From a virus (taxonomy: Duplodnaviria > Heunggongvirae > Uroviricota > Caudoviricetes): DNA of 64,000 bases. The stretch is from IMG/VR virus record IMGVR_UViG_3300037466_001520; one strand, written 5' to 3'. The notes under the pieces are model-generated. The model was given only the letters and a program-made list of their open reading frames with translations. It ran no database searches and was not told where the DNA came from. Positions 27,722 to 36,218 of the stretch are shown here, piece after piece. Both the position numbers and the translations under genes were made by a program. Position 1 is the first letter of the stretch, and every line of letters begins with the position of its first letter.

Positions 27722-27794
27722 TCGGAGCGGGTTGGCTGGGCTTGCAAGTTTTGCAAGTCCGGCAATCTCGAACCGAACGACTTAGGAGGAACCA

Positions 27795-28226
27795 ATGGCA
27801 GATCAACTGCAAGCCGCCTTCACTCGCTGGCTGGACGCGCTGCGCGAGGAACGCGCAACGGACCATGGCTGGCTGACCGTGGCAGGTCTTCTGGAACAGC
27901 TAGCCGAGTACCCGGCTGAGTGGAAGCTGACCTGCGACGTCGCCGAGCGTCCCGTGGCCGTGTCCTACGCTCACAGCTACCGAGGCTACTACGCCGAGCT
28001 TGCCTTTGAACCGGCAGGCTGGGAGCTGGGCACGGTGGACGACTTCATGGAAGAGCTTAGCGAGGCAATCGGTTCGACCTACGAGGGCTGGAAGGGTGGC
28101 GAGTTTACGATGGGGCTGGATACTCACGTCTTCCTTGCCTACGAGGGTACGACGGGCCGACCTGTGACGGGAGTTGCAGGAAATACAGCCGAGCAGATGG
28201 TAATCCTTACGACTTCTGAGGACTAG
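27795..28226 (+). CDS. hypothetical protein ('HSYRGYYAELAFEP...GWKGGEF')
   Basis: AGGAGG RBS. Confidence 0.75.
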   Translation: MADQLQAAFTRWLDALREERATDHGWLTVAGLLEQLAEYPAEWKLTCDVAERPVAVSYAHSYRGYYAELAFEPAGWELGTVDDFMEELSEAIGSTYEGWKGGEFTMGLDTHVFLAYEGTTGRPVTGVAGNTAEQMVILTTSED

Positions 28227-28235
28227 GGGAGAAGA

Positions 28236-28424
28236 ATGGCGAAGCTGTCAGGCTGGTGCATGCGTCCGGACGAGGCGCAGCATCGGCTGTGCCGGAAGAA
28301 CTTCACGTCCGGCGCGTGCGAGTGCGAATGCAGTCACGAGGGCGAGCGTCCGTTGCCCGAGGCAGTGCGGGAACTGGGCACGAGGCCGCAGGGACGACGC
28401 AAGAAAACAGTTGACACCGAGTGA
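28236..28424 (+). CDS. small Cys-rich protein
   Basis: WC...H..C...CECECSH. Confidence 0.6.
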   Translation: MAKLSGWCMRPDEAQHRLCRKNFTSGACECECSHEGERPLPEAVRELGTRPQGRRKKTVDTE

Positions 28425-28501
28425 ATCGGTGTGTATGATAAGAGTACAAAGAAACCCAGAGCACGAAAGGCTCCGAACATAAGACAAGGCAAGTGATTAG
28501 G

Positions 28502-28726
28502 ATGAGCATCAAGGCGCAGATCGCAGCGAAGTATCTCGACGAGGCAACCGAGACAGTCAAGAGGCTGTACCCGGCAACCGCTGAGCCGCAGATCGCCGCA
28601 GGTATTGCGCTGAGCACATCCACCCACCTGACCTCGCTCGGATCCGAGGACGATTCTGCAATTCTTGAGAAGATCGTCCACGCCGCGCAGTTCGTCTACC
28701 CCGAGTATTTTCTCCCGGCAGAGTAG
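28502..28726 (+). CDS. hypothetical protein
   Basis: TTGACA-17-TATGAT promoter near 28411. Confidence 0.6.
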   Translation: MSIKAQIAAKYLDEATETVKRLYPATAEPQIAAGIALSTSTHLTSLGSEDDSAILEKIVHAAQFVYPEYFLPAE

Positions 28727-28786
28727 TTGACAACTGTAGATGATAACGGTAGACTCTAGGTATCAGCTCGAAGGAAAGAGGGAAAC

Positions 28787-28981
28787 ATGACCTACGCTCC
28801 GATCCCCAGCACGGCAACCCGCAAGCGTCTCCGGATGGAAGAAAGGCGCGAGCGACTGGCTCAGCGCAAGGAACGGCTGAACCTCTGGCTGGAGACGGGA
28901 GCAGGGCAGGCAACGCTTGTCGGAATCCTGCTCGTTGTCCTGCTTGTCGGATCGCGGATCTCTGGGATTGTCGGGAACTGA
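28787..28981 (+). CDS. small membrane protein
   Basis: C-terminal TM; promoter near 28727. Confidence 0.65.
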   Translation: MTYAPIPSTATRKRLRMEERRERLAQRKERLNLWLETGAGQATLVGILLVVLLVGSRISGIVGN

Positions 28982-29170
28982 CCGGCCTTGTCAAGAGGAT
29001 AATCAAAGCTGTAAACCATGAAAAGAGTGCCCTGTCGGTGGTTCGTCCCGGCAGGGCATTCTCCATTTTTCTGCAAGAGTTTCAAAAAGTCATGCGATAC
29101 TGGTCCCGACGCCGCCACATATTGATGGGCGGCTTTTCTGTTGCCCGTGTGAGGCGTTAGGAGGGGACCA

Positions 29171-29485
29171 ATGAACATCGACCTAGAGAAGATCCTTATG
29201 GCTCTTGGCTCTGCTGGATCGCAGACCACAGCGGCCTCCCTCGCGCTCTTGCTTTTCTTCTACCTGCGCCGTCAGGAGAAGGAAGTACGAGATGAGCACG
29301 CGCGCACGATCCGACGCCTACAGGCTGAAAGAACCGCGCTGCTCAAAGAGATCGGCGAGCTACAGGCCGAGCTTGAGGAACGGGAGAACGACCTCGACCG
29401 TGAGCGCGCAGCACGCCGCAAGGCTGAGAACGAGGCCCACGAGGTCGGCCTCCGAGTCGTCGAAGGTGGAAAGAATGTCGGATAG
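29171..29485 (+). CDS. TM + coiled-coil protein (lysis-cassette type)
   Basis: one TM followed by a heptad-rich tail. Confidence 0.6.
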   Translation: MNIDLEKILMALGSAGSQTTAASLALLLFFYLRRQEKEVRDEHARTIRRLQAERTALLKEIGELQAELEERENDLDRERAARRKAENEAHEVGLRVVEGGKNVG

Positions 29486-29723
29486 ATCCAAGTGGCTCAG
29501 TGGACGAGGAACGGTTGTCCTGTATGTGATTGTCGCCGCAATGGTGTGGCTGTCCGCGTCAAGCGGGCTGCACAGCTTCATGACACATCTGAACGGTGAC
29601 GCAACGCGGGCTCAGCAGATCGCCGTGACGGCGTGCTCTGGGCAGGCGTTCTATAATACACACAAGAGCGATTGTGACGCTCTGCTGGCTGGGCAGTCGG
29701 ACGCGACTGCCGAGGGGAAATAA
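29475..29723 (+). CDS. membrane protein
   Basis: N-terminal TM. Confidence 0.55.
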   Translation: MSDRSKWLSGRGTVVLYVIVAAMVWLSASSGLHSFMTHLNGDATRAQQIAVTACSGQAFYNTHKSDCDALLAGQSDATAEGK

Positions 29724-30104
29724 ATGTATACGACACTTCCCGCCGTACTGGTGACCGTGCTAACCGTGCTGTCTCCGATCATCACGGCATTCTTTACCCA
29801 CGTCCAGATGGACTCGACGGCCAAGAAGAACATCGCCTTCGCCGTCTCGTTCGTCGTCGCAGCGGTCTACGTCTGGATGACTGGCGGCATTCACGACCTG
29901 ACCAACGTCGCCGAGATCGCGGCTGCTGCTCCGATCATCTTCACCCTGCAACAACTGATCTTCGGAAACCTGCTGCAACGCATTTCGTCGACGGTGGAAG
30001 CGAAGGTGGGAGTCAAGCCTCCGGCTCCTGCTCCGGCTGCAATCGGTGGATCGGTGCCAGCTCCGAGCGCAGTGGCGGACGCCGCTGCTCCGGCTGTCGG
30101 CTAG
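29724..30104 (+). CDS. holin-like protein
   Basis: three hydrophobic segments; 'SPIITAF...KKNIAFAVSFVVA'. Confidence 0.55.
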   Translation: MYTTLPAVLVTVLTVLSPIITAFFTHVQMDSTAKKNIAFAVSFVVAAVYVWMTGGIHDLTNVAEIAAAAPIIFTLQQLIFGNLLQRISSTVEAKVGVKPPAPAPAAIGGSVPAPSAVADAAAPAVG

Positions 30105-30169
30105 CTGCAAAATTTGCAAGACGCGAGCGCGTTCCTTCGGGGGCGCGCTCGCTGCATGAGAGGGACGAG

Positions 30170-30358
30170 ATGGGATTCTTCCAATACATGTTCTGGCCGG
30201 ACGGCGCTCCGTGGTACACAGGCGCGTTCTGGTCCAACGAGCTCCAGTGGGTCTCGACGATGCTGCCCACACTCCTGCTAGGGTTGTGGCATCTCGACAG
30301 GCGCAACGCGAAGCGCCACGCCGAGCTGCGCAAGCATATGGGAGTTGACAAGAAATAG
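30170..30358 (+). CDS. small membrane protein
   Basis: hydrophobic core, basic tail. Confidence 0.55.
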   Translation: MGFFQYMFWPDGAPWYTGAFWSNELQWVSTMLPTLLLGLWHLDRRNAKRHAELRKHMGVDKK

Positions 30359-30416
30359 TCAACCTTGTATGATTAATTCATCGGAAACATTCAGACAACA
30401 GACAGGGAGTGGAAAC

Positions 30417-30896
30417 ATGTGGCTATTGACAACTGGCGGATTCGTATCCGCAGTACAGCATCGGGAACGAACCGACAATCTTCTGGTGCGCTCGCGGGAT
30501 CGGAAGTCGCTTGAGATCCTGCTCGACGACATCGAACTGGCAGGCGCGGAAGCCGACGAGCACGGCGTATCGGTGGAGAAGCTGACGACCGCTGACATCG
30601 TGGAGATGCCCACGGCTGACTACCGCTACCGGCTCGAAATGCGCAAGTCCACTTTCGCGCTCGCAGTCACGCACGAGATCCTGAACTTCATCGACTACGA
30701 CTCGCACTTCAAGGAAGCCGCTGCTGCTCAGCGTGGCGAGACGTGGTACCACGGCCTCATGGAGATCTGGACCGTCACCCGCGACTACTTCGACGACGTG
30801 ACCGGCAAGGCTGCAATCCGTGCAAGATTGCAGGCCGCGAAGGGCAAGGCCAAGGCCGCAGCGAAGAAGACCGGGAAGGCGGTGAAGGTCGTATGA
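30417..30896 (+). CDS. hypothetical protein ('MWLLTTGGFVSAV...LVRSRD...ADYRYR...IDYDSHFK')
   Basis: GGGAG RBS; TTGACA-17-TATGAT promoter. Confidence 0.75.
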   Translation: MWLLTTGGFVSAVQHRERTDNLLVRSRDRKSLEILLDDIELAGAEADEHGVSVEKLTTADIVEMPTADYRYRLEMRKSTFALAVTHEILNFIDYDSHFKEAAAAQRGETWYHGLMEIWTVTRDYFDDVTGKAAIRARLQAAKGKAKAAAKKTGKAVKVV

Positions 30897-31132
30897 GAGG
30901 CGCAAGGCTCTTCGCAATCCTCGCGTTCGCGTTCATGCTCGCTAGCGCTGTCTTCGGGCTCGCAGGCCTCATCATGATCGTGGCGACTGGTGGAGCTGCA
31001 TTCGGTCTCGCTCTGGGCTGCATGTCCGGGGCTGCTGGATTCGGCTTCGCCGGGATCGTAGCTGCGCTGCTTGAGGCTATCGGTATCTTCGGTGGCGAGG
31101 CAGTGCCCGGACGGCGTTCGCGGCAACGGTAG
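30893..31132 (+). CDS. membrane protein (2 TM)
   Basis: ATGA coupling; Gly/Ala-rich helices. Confidence 0.6.
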   Translation: MRGARLFAILAFAFMLASAVFGLAGLIMIVATGGAAFGLALGCMSGAAGFGFAGIVAALLEAIGIFGGEAVPGRRSRQR

Positions 31133-31133
31133 T

Positions 31134-31604
31134 TCATCGGGAAACGTAGTCGGCTGCTCTGCGCATGAGGTCAGCATCATCTCGAAACATTCCGAGGGCA
31201 AAGTTACAGCTACCGCAGAGCAAACCGCGAAACGCGCCCGTCTGGTGGTCGTGGTCGATGGTGAGGTACTTTCTTCCCTTGACCGCTTCACCGGGCGGGC
31301 GACCGCATAGGTCACAGGAACCGTGGTGATCATTAAAGTGCTTGAGGATTTGGTCAGGATCTAGCTCTAGCTTTCTAGCCCTACGGCGCAAGGCTGTTCG
31401 ATCCGATTCCGTGGAACCGTACCATTCTCGATAAGCCGAACGCTTGCAAACTTTGCAGAACGAGTGACCAACGTAGAAATCGCCGAGCGGCTTGACCTGA
31501 CTGCATTTCGTGCAGGTCTTCTCTTTGGGCCTAGCTTCGAAACACTCGCGGCATTGCTTGGATCTAGAATCCTTCTGATTGCCGCAGTGGCAGAGATCTT
31601 TCAC
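31134..31604 (-). CDS. endonuclease VII-family (His-Me) nuclease
   Basis: 'CDLCGR...IDHDHQTGAFRGLLCGSCNFALGMFRDD..LMRRAADY' plus N-terminal CxxC pairs. Confidence 0.85.
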   Translation of the reverse strand: MKDLCHCGNQKDSRSKQCRECFEARPKEKTCTKCSQVKPLGDFYVGHSFCKVCKRSAYREWYGSTESDRTALRRRARKLELDPDQILKHFNDHHGSCDLCGRPPGEAVKGRKYLTIDHDHQTGAFRGLLCGSCNFALGMFRDDADLMRRAADYVSR

Positions 31605-31657
31605 ACTGCATATCCTAACAGAAAGAGGCCCGCTAGGCGGGCCTCTGACCGTCGATG

Positions 31658-31969
31658 CTAGAACATTTTCGCGCAGACTGGGCCGACCCCCGCAGCGCAG
31701 CTCTTCTGGTTCGTCAGCTTGCGACCACAGGCGAGGCAGTTACCCGTCTTCAAACCGTAGGCCTGTGCAAGCTCCAGCGTAACGCGAGTCTGGGGCTGGA
31801 GCTTGGAGATCACGCCGGGAGCGTAGCTCCAAGCTCCGGAGGACTTGTCAAGCTGCTTCGCATACAGCTTGCCGGAGGTCTTGGATACCTGAACCCGGAA
31901 GACGCCGACCATGTTCCAATAGATGCCCGGCTTGACGGCTTCGGTCTGAGTGGTGATCTGTGCGTTCAT
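31658..31969 (-). CDS. DUF6011-like protein
   Basis: 'CLACGRKLTNQKSCAAGVGPVCA'. Confidence 0.65.
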   Translation of the reverse strand: MNAQITTQTEAVKPGIYWNMVGVFRVQVSKTSGKLYAKQLDKSSGAWSYAPGVISKLQPQTRVTLELAQAYGLKTGNCLACGRKLTNQKSCAAGVGPVCAKMF

Positions 31970-32082
31970 CGGTCTGTCCTTTCGTTCCCTGCTGATAGAA
32001 CGAGTCTACGCCTAAGCTCTACACTTGTCAACCTTGCGCAACAGAAAAGCCCGGGATTTCTCCCGGGCCTCTGTCCTTTCTT

Positions 32083-32286
32083 CTAGAGGTTGATTTCGAT
32101 GGTGAGAATGCTGTGAGTGGTGTCGCGCTCGACCGAGGTCACCGAGATCGCGTGCTCCGGGATGTTCGGGCAAGCCTGACGGGCGATGAATTCCGGGCTG
32201 CGCATGCTGAGCTGGTGGTTCGATTCCATGTAGAGGTAGCGGCCAGTGTCGATCTTGCAGAGCGTGTGGAGCGGGATCCGGACCAT
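32083..32286 (-). CDS. hypothetical protein
   Basis: AAGGAGG RBS; TTGACA-17-TAGACT promoter. Confidence 0.7.
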   Translation of the reverse strand: MVRIPLHTLCKIDTGRYLYMESNHQLSMRSPEFIARQACPNIPEHAISVTSVERDTTHSILTIEINL

Positions 32287-32341
32287 TTGGGCCTCCTTCG
32301 TTGAGCTGATGGTAAGAGTCTATCGCTAAGATACACCCTTG

Positions 32342-32503
32342 TCAACTGTTGAGTCGGTGACGGCGCAGAGCTTCGTTCACGATCTGGATCGGGGTCGGCT
32401 CGCCGGGAGACGGTGGCACGCAGTGCGGCCACTGGGCGCAGACGTCGGAGTACTCCGAACCGTCGTTCCGCGCGAGACCGTGGCAGTTCGGGCAGGCCTT
32501 CAC
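32342..32503 (-). CDS. small Cys-rich protein (MKACPNCHG...), not in the ORF track
   Basis: GTGA coupling with the upstream gene, 53 aa. Confidence 0.5.
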   Translation of the reverse strand: MKACPNCHGLARNDGSEYSDVCAQWPHCVPPSPGEPTPIQIVNEALRRHRLNS

Positions 32504-32658
32504 TTCCGGAACCTCGCGAACGGATCGGAGACCGTGAACGTGAAGCGCTGCGTGCGCTCGCTGTAGCTGATGGGGCTGACGGTGTAGGCCTCGCTGATGA
32601 ACTGGCAGGCTGCTCGCTCCGCAATGAGACCGTCCGGGTAGCTGTATCGCTTGGGCAT
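32500..32658 (-). CDS. hypothetical protein (MPKRYSYPDG...), not in the ORF track
   Basis: GAGGAGG RBS; TTGACA-17-TAGACT promoter; 52 aa. Confidence 0.6.
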   Translation of the reverse strand: MPKRYSYPDGLIAERAACQFISEAYTVSPISYSERTQRFTFTVSDPFARFRK

Positions 32659-32748
32659 CTGACCCTCCTCTGCTGTGCTGGTAGCACCAGTCTATCGCCA
32701 GGATATACAGTTGTCAACCGTCGCGACCGTGGAACCGTGGAAGTTTCG

Positions 32749-32880
32749 AGAGGGCCACCCTCCTTTTCCGAGGGCTTGGCGATATTTGCTGGAGGGATGG
32801 TCACCCTCCTTTTCCGGGCTCGCTGTAGGGATGGTCACCCTCCTTTTTCTGACAGAAAGATGGTCACCCTCCTTTCCCGG
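32749..32880. repeat. 4 copies of (GG(T/C))CACCCTCCTTT, the half-site of the 15-kb palindrome
   Basis: about 32756, 32799, 32833, 32862. Confidence 0.8.
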
Positions 32881-33062
32881 AATTGCCTAGGGTAGCGCTC
32901 TGGGGCGATTTTCCTAGAGGGCTGCGCGCTCGCAGGCCTTGCAAAAGTTGCAGATCTCGCGCGAGCGCCGAGCTGCGCTCGCAGGCGTGGAGTGAGTGGT
33001 GCCTGTGTGGGCAGAGACGCGAAGAGCCCCGGAACTGGGGCTCGACGTCGTTGGTGGGTTGG

Positions 33063-33368
33063 CTAGTAGGTCTCGCCATCCTTGATGCTGTTGTAGGTCT
33101 TCTGGTCTACGTCGACCCAGCCTGTGTGTCCCTTGGAGTCTCGCAGCTCGAATTGCCAGATTGCTGCGTAGTCCTGAGGCAGGAAGACCTGACTGGTGCA
33201 CATCCCGGACTTGGGGTCGTACGCGAAACACTGGGGCTGAATCTCTGTGTGCGCAGGCGTGTAGTCGTGCTCGACGACTGTGCCATGAGTGACAGGAGGA
33301 TCGCAGGCTGCGAGGCTGAGAGGCAGGGCTGCAAGGATTGCAAAAGCTGCAAGGCGTCGTGGAGTCAT
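33063..33368 (-). CDS. lipoprotein
   Basis: signal peptide ending in lipobox LAAC. Confidence 0.75.
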   Translation of the reverse strand: MTPRRLAAFAILAALPLSLAACDPPVTHGTVVEHDYTPAHTEIQPQCFAYDPKSGMCTSQVFLPQDYAAIWQFELRDSKGHTGWVDVDQKTYNSIKDGETY

Positions 33369-33420
33369 GGGCAGGCGTCCTGTCGTGGTAGTTTGCTCTG
33401 ACTCTACAGGTCAAGATACC

Positions 33421-34205
33421 CAGTGTCAAGTGGTGCGCGCTCGCAGGGTCTTGGGTTGGCTGGTGGCTGCTCTCTCAGGCTGGCTTTGGTGCGACTGGCG
33501 CGAGGAGCGCTGCGCTCGCAGGCTGGCAGGCGTGGCGCGTGGCTGGCAGGGTGGCTGGCAGGCTCGCGGGCTGGTGGCGCGCTCGCAGGGTGGCGAGTGG
33601 CGCAGGGGGCGAGGGGCTGGCGCGTGGGGCGCGTGCCCCCGCCACGTGGGGCGAGGGGGCGCGCGAAGGGGCGCGTGGCTGCGTGGCGCGGCTGTGCGCG
33701 TGGGCGCTCGCGCTCGCGAGGTCGTTGCCTCGCGCAACTATTGCCAAAGGCAATAGTTGCTCTGTGCAACTATAGGTAAGATCAATAGTTGCGCAGGTCA
33801 ATAGTTGCGTCACGCAACTATCGTGCTCAGCGTTCCTAGGGCTGAGGGTAGAGGGGCTGAGCCCCTGAGCTAGGGCACACCTGAGCCTAGCACGTGGCGC
33901 GCGCTCAGAGTCAAGCCTGAGCGCGACACTGTAGGGGCTGAGTCGCATAGGGGCTGAGTGTGGGCTGAGGATCGCGCTATGGGGGCTGTGAGCCCCTCGC
34001 AGGGTAGGGGCTGAGTGAATGCCTAGAGATGGGGGTCTAAGCGCTCAGAGGGGCTTACAGAGCCTCAGGGGCTCAGAGCATGCCTGAGGGGCTGAGCGCG
34101 TGGGCTCAGGTAGGGGCTGTGAAGCGCTGAGCGCGCGTCTAAGGGGCTGAAACGCAACTGAGCCCCCGCCATATGGCAGGGGCTCAGATAGGGGCTGAGA
34201 GGACG
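33421..34205. repeat. non-coding repeat tract: G-skewed CTCGCAGG region, 6x GCAACTAT/ATAGTTGC, about 14x GGGCT(G/C)(A/T)G
   Basis: direct reading of the sequence. Confidence 0.8.
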
Positions 34206-34487
34206 CTACGCGCGTGCTAGAGGGAACATGTAGCGCGTGCCTGTGATATCGCTCTGAATCTCCACACGTCGCCCTGAGCGCTTGAATCCTGAGCCCTCTA
34301 GAGTCTGGTCAATAAAGCTGCGCAGAGTTTCAGCATTGGGCTGTGACCACCATTGCAGATTCCCCACGTAACGTACGCGAGCGTACGCAGCGCTGCGATT
34401 GGGCTCAGTCTCGTTTAGTGCCAGTGAGACTGTGGTCTCAGTGTCGACGTAAAGGCCGCTTGCGTTGGGGAAGATTCGCTCAGACAT
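34206..34487 (-). CDS. hypothetical protein
   Basis: AAAGG RBS. Confidence 0.6.
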   Translation of the reverse strand: MSERIFPNASGLYVDTETTVSLALNETEPNRSAAYARVRYVGNLQWWSQPNAETLRSFIDQTLEGSGFKRSGRRVEIQSDITGTRYMFPLARA

Positions 34488-34560
34488 TGGATCGCCTTTC
34501 ATGACGTGTGGTTCGAATTGCGGGAGAATGAGAGGCCGCTTTCGCGGCCTCTCGTTTGGA

Positions 34561-34779
34561 CTAGAGCCAGACTGTGTATTCAACGTCTTTCTTGAGGCTG
34601 CGCACATTTCCAGTGGAGACTACAGCGTCAAGCCAACCTGCAAGGTGGCGATCCTGAGAAATGCTTTCGACAGGCGCGAAGTCCTCTCGCGTCAATTCGC
34701 CAGTACGAAACACGACAGGCTTGTGAATAATCAGCATTCCAACCTTGATGTCTGTCGCGAGGATCTTCGTGGTAGCCAT
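34561..34779 (-). CDS. small beta-barrel protein ('ATDIKVGM')
   Basis: duplicated promoter/leader, AAAGG RBS. Confidence 0.65.
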   Translation of the reverse strand: MATTKILATDIKVGMLIIHKPVVFRTGELTREDFAPVESISQDRHLAGWLDAVVSTGNVRSLKKDVEYTVWL

Positions 34780-34784
34780 TGCCT

Positions 34785-35126
34785 TACCTTTCATCGTGGG
34801 ATCTAACACTCTCAGTGTGGGGGCTGAGCCCCCACACTGTCAAGCGTTGCGCAATGTTACGCGCGGCGGATGGCTGAGAGCAGCGCTAGCTCAGCTTCCA
34901 TGCGCTCAGCCTCAGCGATGGTAGCGCGCATGGCGGCAATGGCGCGGTCAAGCTTGCGTCCCTCAATTTCAGTCTTCACGCAGATAGCGATAGTGGCCGC
35001 TGAGATAAGGATCGCGATACCTGCGAGGACGATTGTCAGGGTGAGCATTGGACTACCTTTCATCGTGGGATCTAACACTCTCAGTGTGAGCCCTAGGGCT
35101 CACACTGTCAAGTGTTGCGCAATGTG
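34785..35126 (-). promoter_or_regulatory. two about 70-bp promoter/leader copies, each with a 13-bp-arm palindrome between -35 and -10
   Basis: palindromes at 34813-34839 and 35082-35107. Confidence 0.75.
34857..35048 (-). CDS. small membrane protein (TM + coil)
   Basis: duplicated promoter/leader. Confidence 0.65.
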   Translation of the reverse strand: MLTLTIVLAGIAILISAATIAICVKTEIEGRKLDRAIAAMRATIAEAERMEAELALLSAIRRA

Positions 35127-35129
35127 ACG

Positions 35130-35336
35130 CTAGCGAGCCCTGCGCAGCTTGCGATAGGCCTCAGGTGCCAGTCTGCGAGCATCGCGAGCGCTGAGCCCCA
35201 CCACTTCCAGAATGTGACGCTCAGCCACGCGGCGAGCCCTGCGAGCCTTTAGCTCAGCCCGGACAATCTGAGCCAAAATTGTTAGCGGGATTAGAATTGT
35301 GCCGATGGAAATTACAATGGCGATAATGCTCTGCAT
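35130..35336 (-). CDS. small membrane protein
   Basis: N-terminal TM, basic tail. Confidence 0.6.
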   Translation of the reverse strand: MQSIIAIVISIGTILIPLTILAQIVRAELKARRARRVAERHILEVVGLSARDARRLAPEAYRKLRRAR

Positions 35337-35417
35337 CGGAATTCACTTTCTACCGTGAGAAATTTTGATCGGTGGGAATTTGGGGGCTGGAAATTCCAGC
35401 CCCCTCCCCGGGATGGT

Positions 35418-35888
35418 CTAGGGCTCAATTCCCTTTGCGCAGCTAGGGTAGGCCCATTCAGTGTGCATAGTAATTGTGTTGCTGAAATTCTCAGCCGCGC
35501 ATTCCCCGACTCCCCAATGCGCGTGAGCATATTCGTGCATCAAAACGTGATCGTCCGCGTTAGGCGAAATGAAAAGCAGAGCGTGTCCAGTGCCACCCTT
35601 CCACGTGCAACCTCCCCCAGTGTGGCCGACAGACTTAGCTGAGCCGCAATTTAGAGCCGGATCGTCAGTAACGATAATCGTCATTCCCTGAGTGGATTCA
35701 CCATAGCTTTCGATGGCCTTACGAAAGTCCTCAGCCGTAGGGACATCCTCGCTAGGTGCAGGCTGTGCGCTCTGCGTGGGCTGTGTCGTGGGCTGCGTGG
35801 GCTGTGCTGCGTGGGCTGTGAGGCTGAGCCCGCACACCGTCGCAATGATAGCGATCCAGTAGAGGGCGACCTTCGTAGCTGTCTGCAT
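35418..35888 (-). CDS. secreted protein with HExxH motif
   Basis: signal peptide, PT linker, 'HVLMHEYAHAHWG...CAAENF'. Confidence 0.6.
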   Translation of the reverse strand: MQTATKVALYWIAIIATVCGLSLTAHAAQPTQPTTQPTQSAQPAPSEDVPTAEDFRKAIESYGESTQGMTIIVTDDPALNCGSAKSVGHTGGGCTWKGGTGHALLFISPNADDHVLMHEYAHAHWGVGECAAENFSNTITMHTEWAYPSCAKGIEP

Positions 35889-36218
35889 TGCCTTACCTTT
35901 CTACGTGTGAACCTGACAGACAGAACGATCCTCTTATGACACACACTTGTCAAGCGTTGCGCTACGTGTCGTCGTCACAGAACGTAACAATCGCGATTCT
36001 GTCGCCATGGTGGGGGCTGCGTGGGCTCAGTTGCGCAGAGTTGAGCCGGTCGGGCTCAAGTGTGGCTTATGCGGGTTGCGGTGGTTGAAAAAACGAGAGT
36101 GGGGGTCTCAAATCCCATAGCCCTAGTGGCTCTCCAAATTTTCAAAATTTTCAGAGTTATCATATACCCTTGTCCACCCCCCTTGACACCCGACTGGACA
36201 GCCGTGTACCTTGGTGCT

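Noticed and set aside
33289-33948. Arg/Ala/Gly-rich ORFs
   Set aside because: Products of the repeat tract and G-skew; no translation signals.
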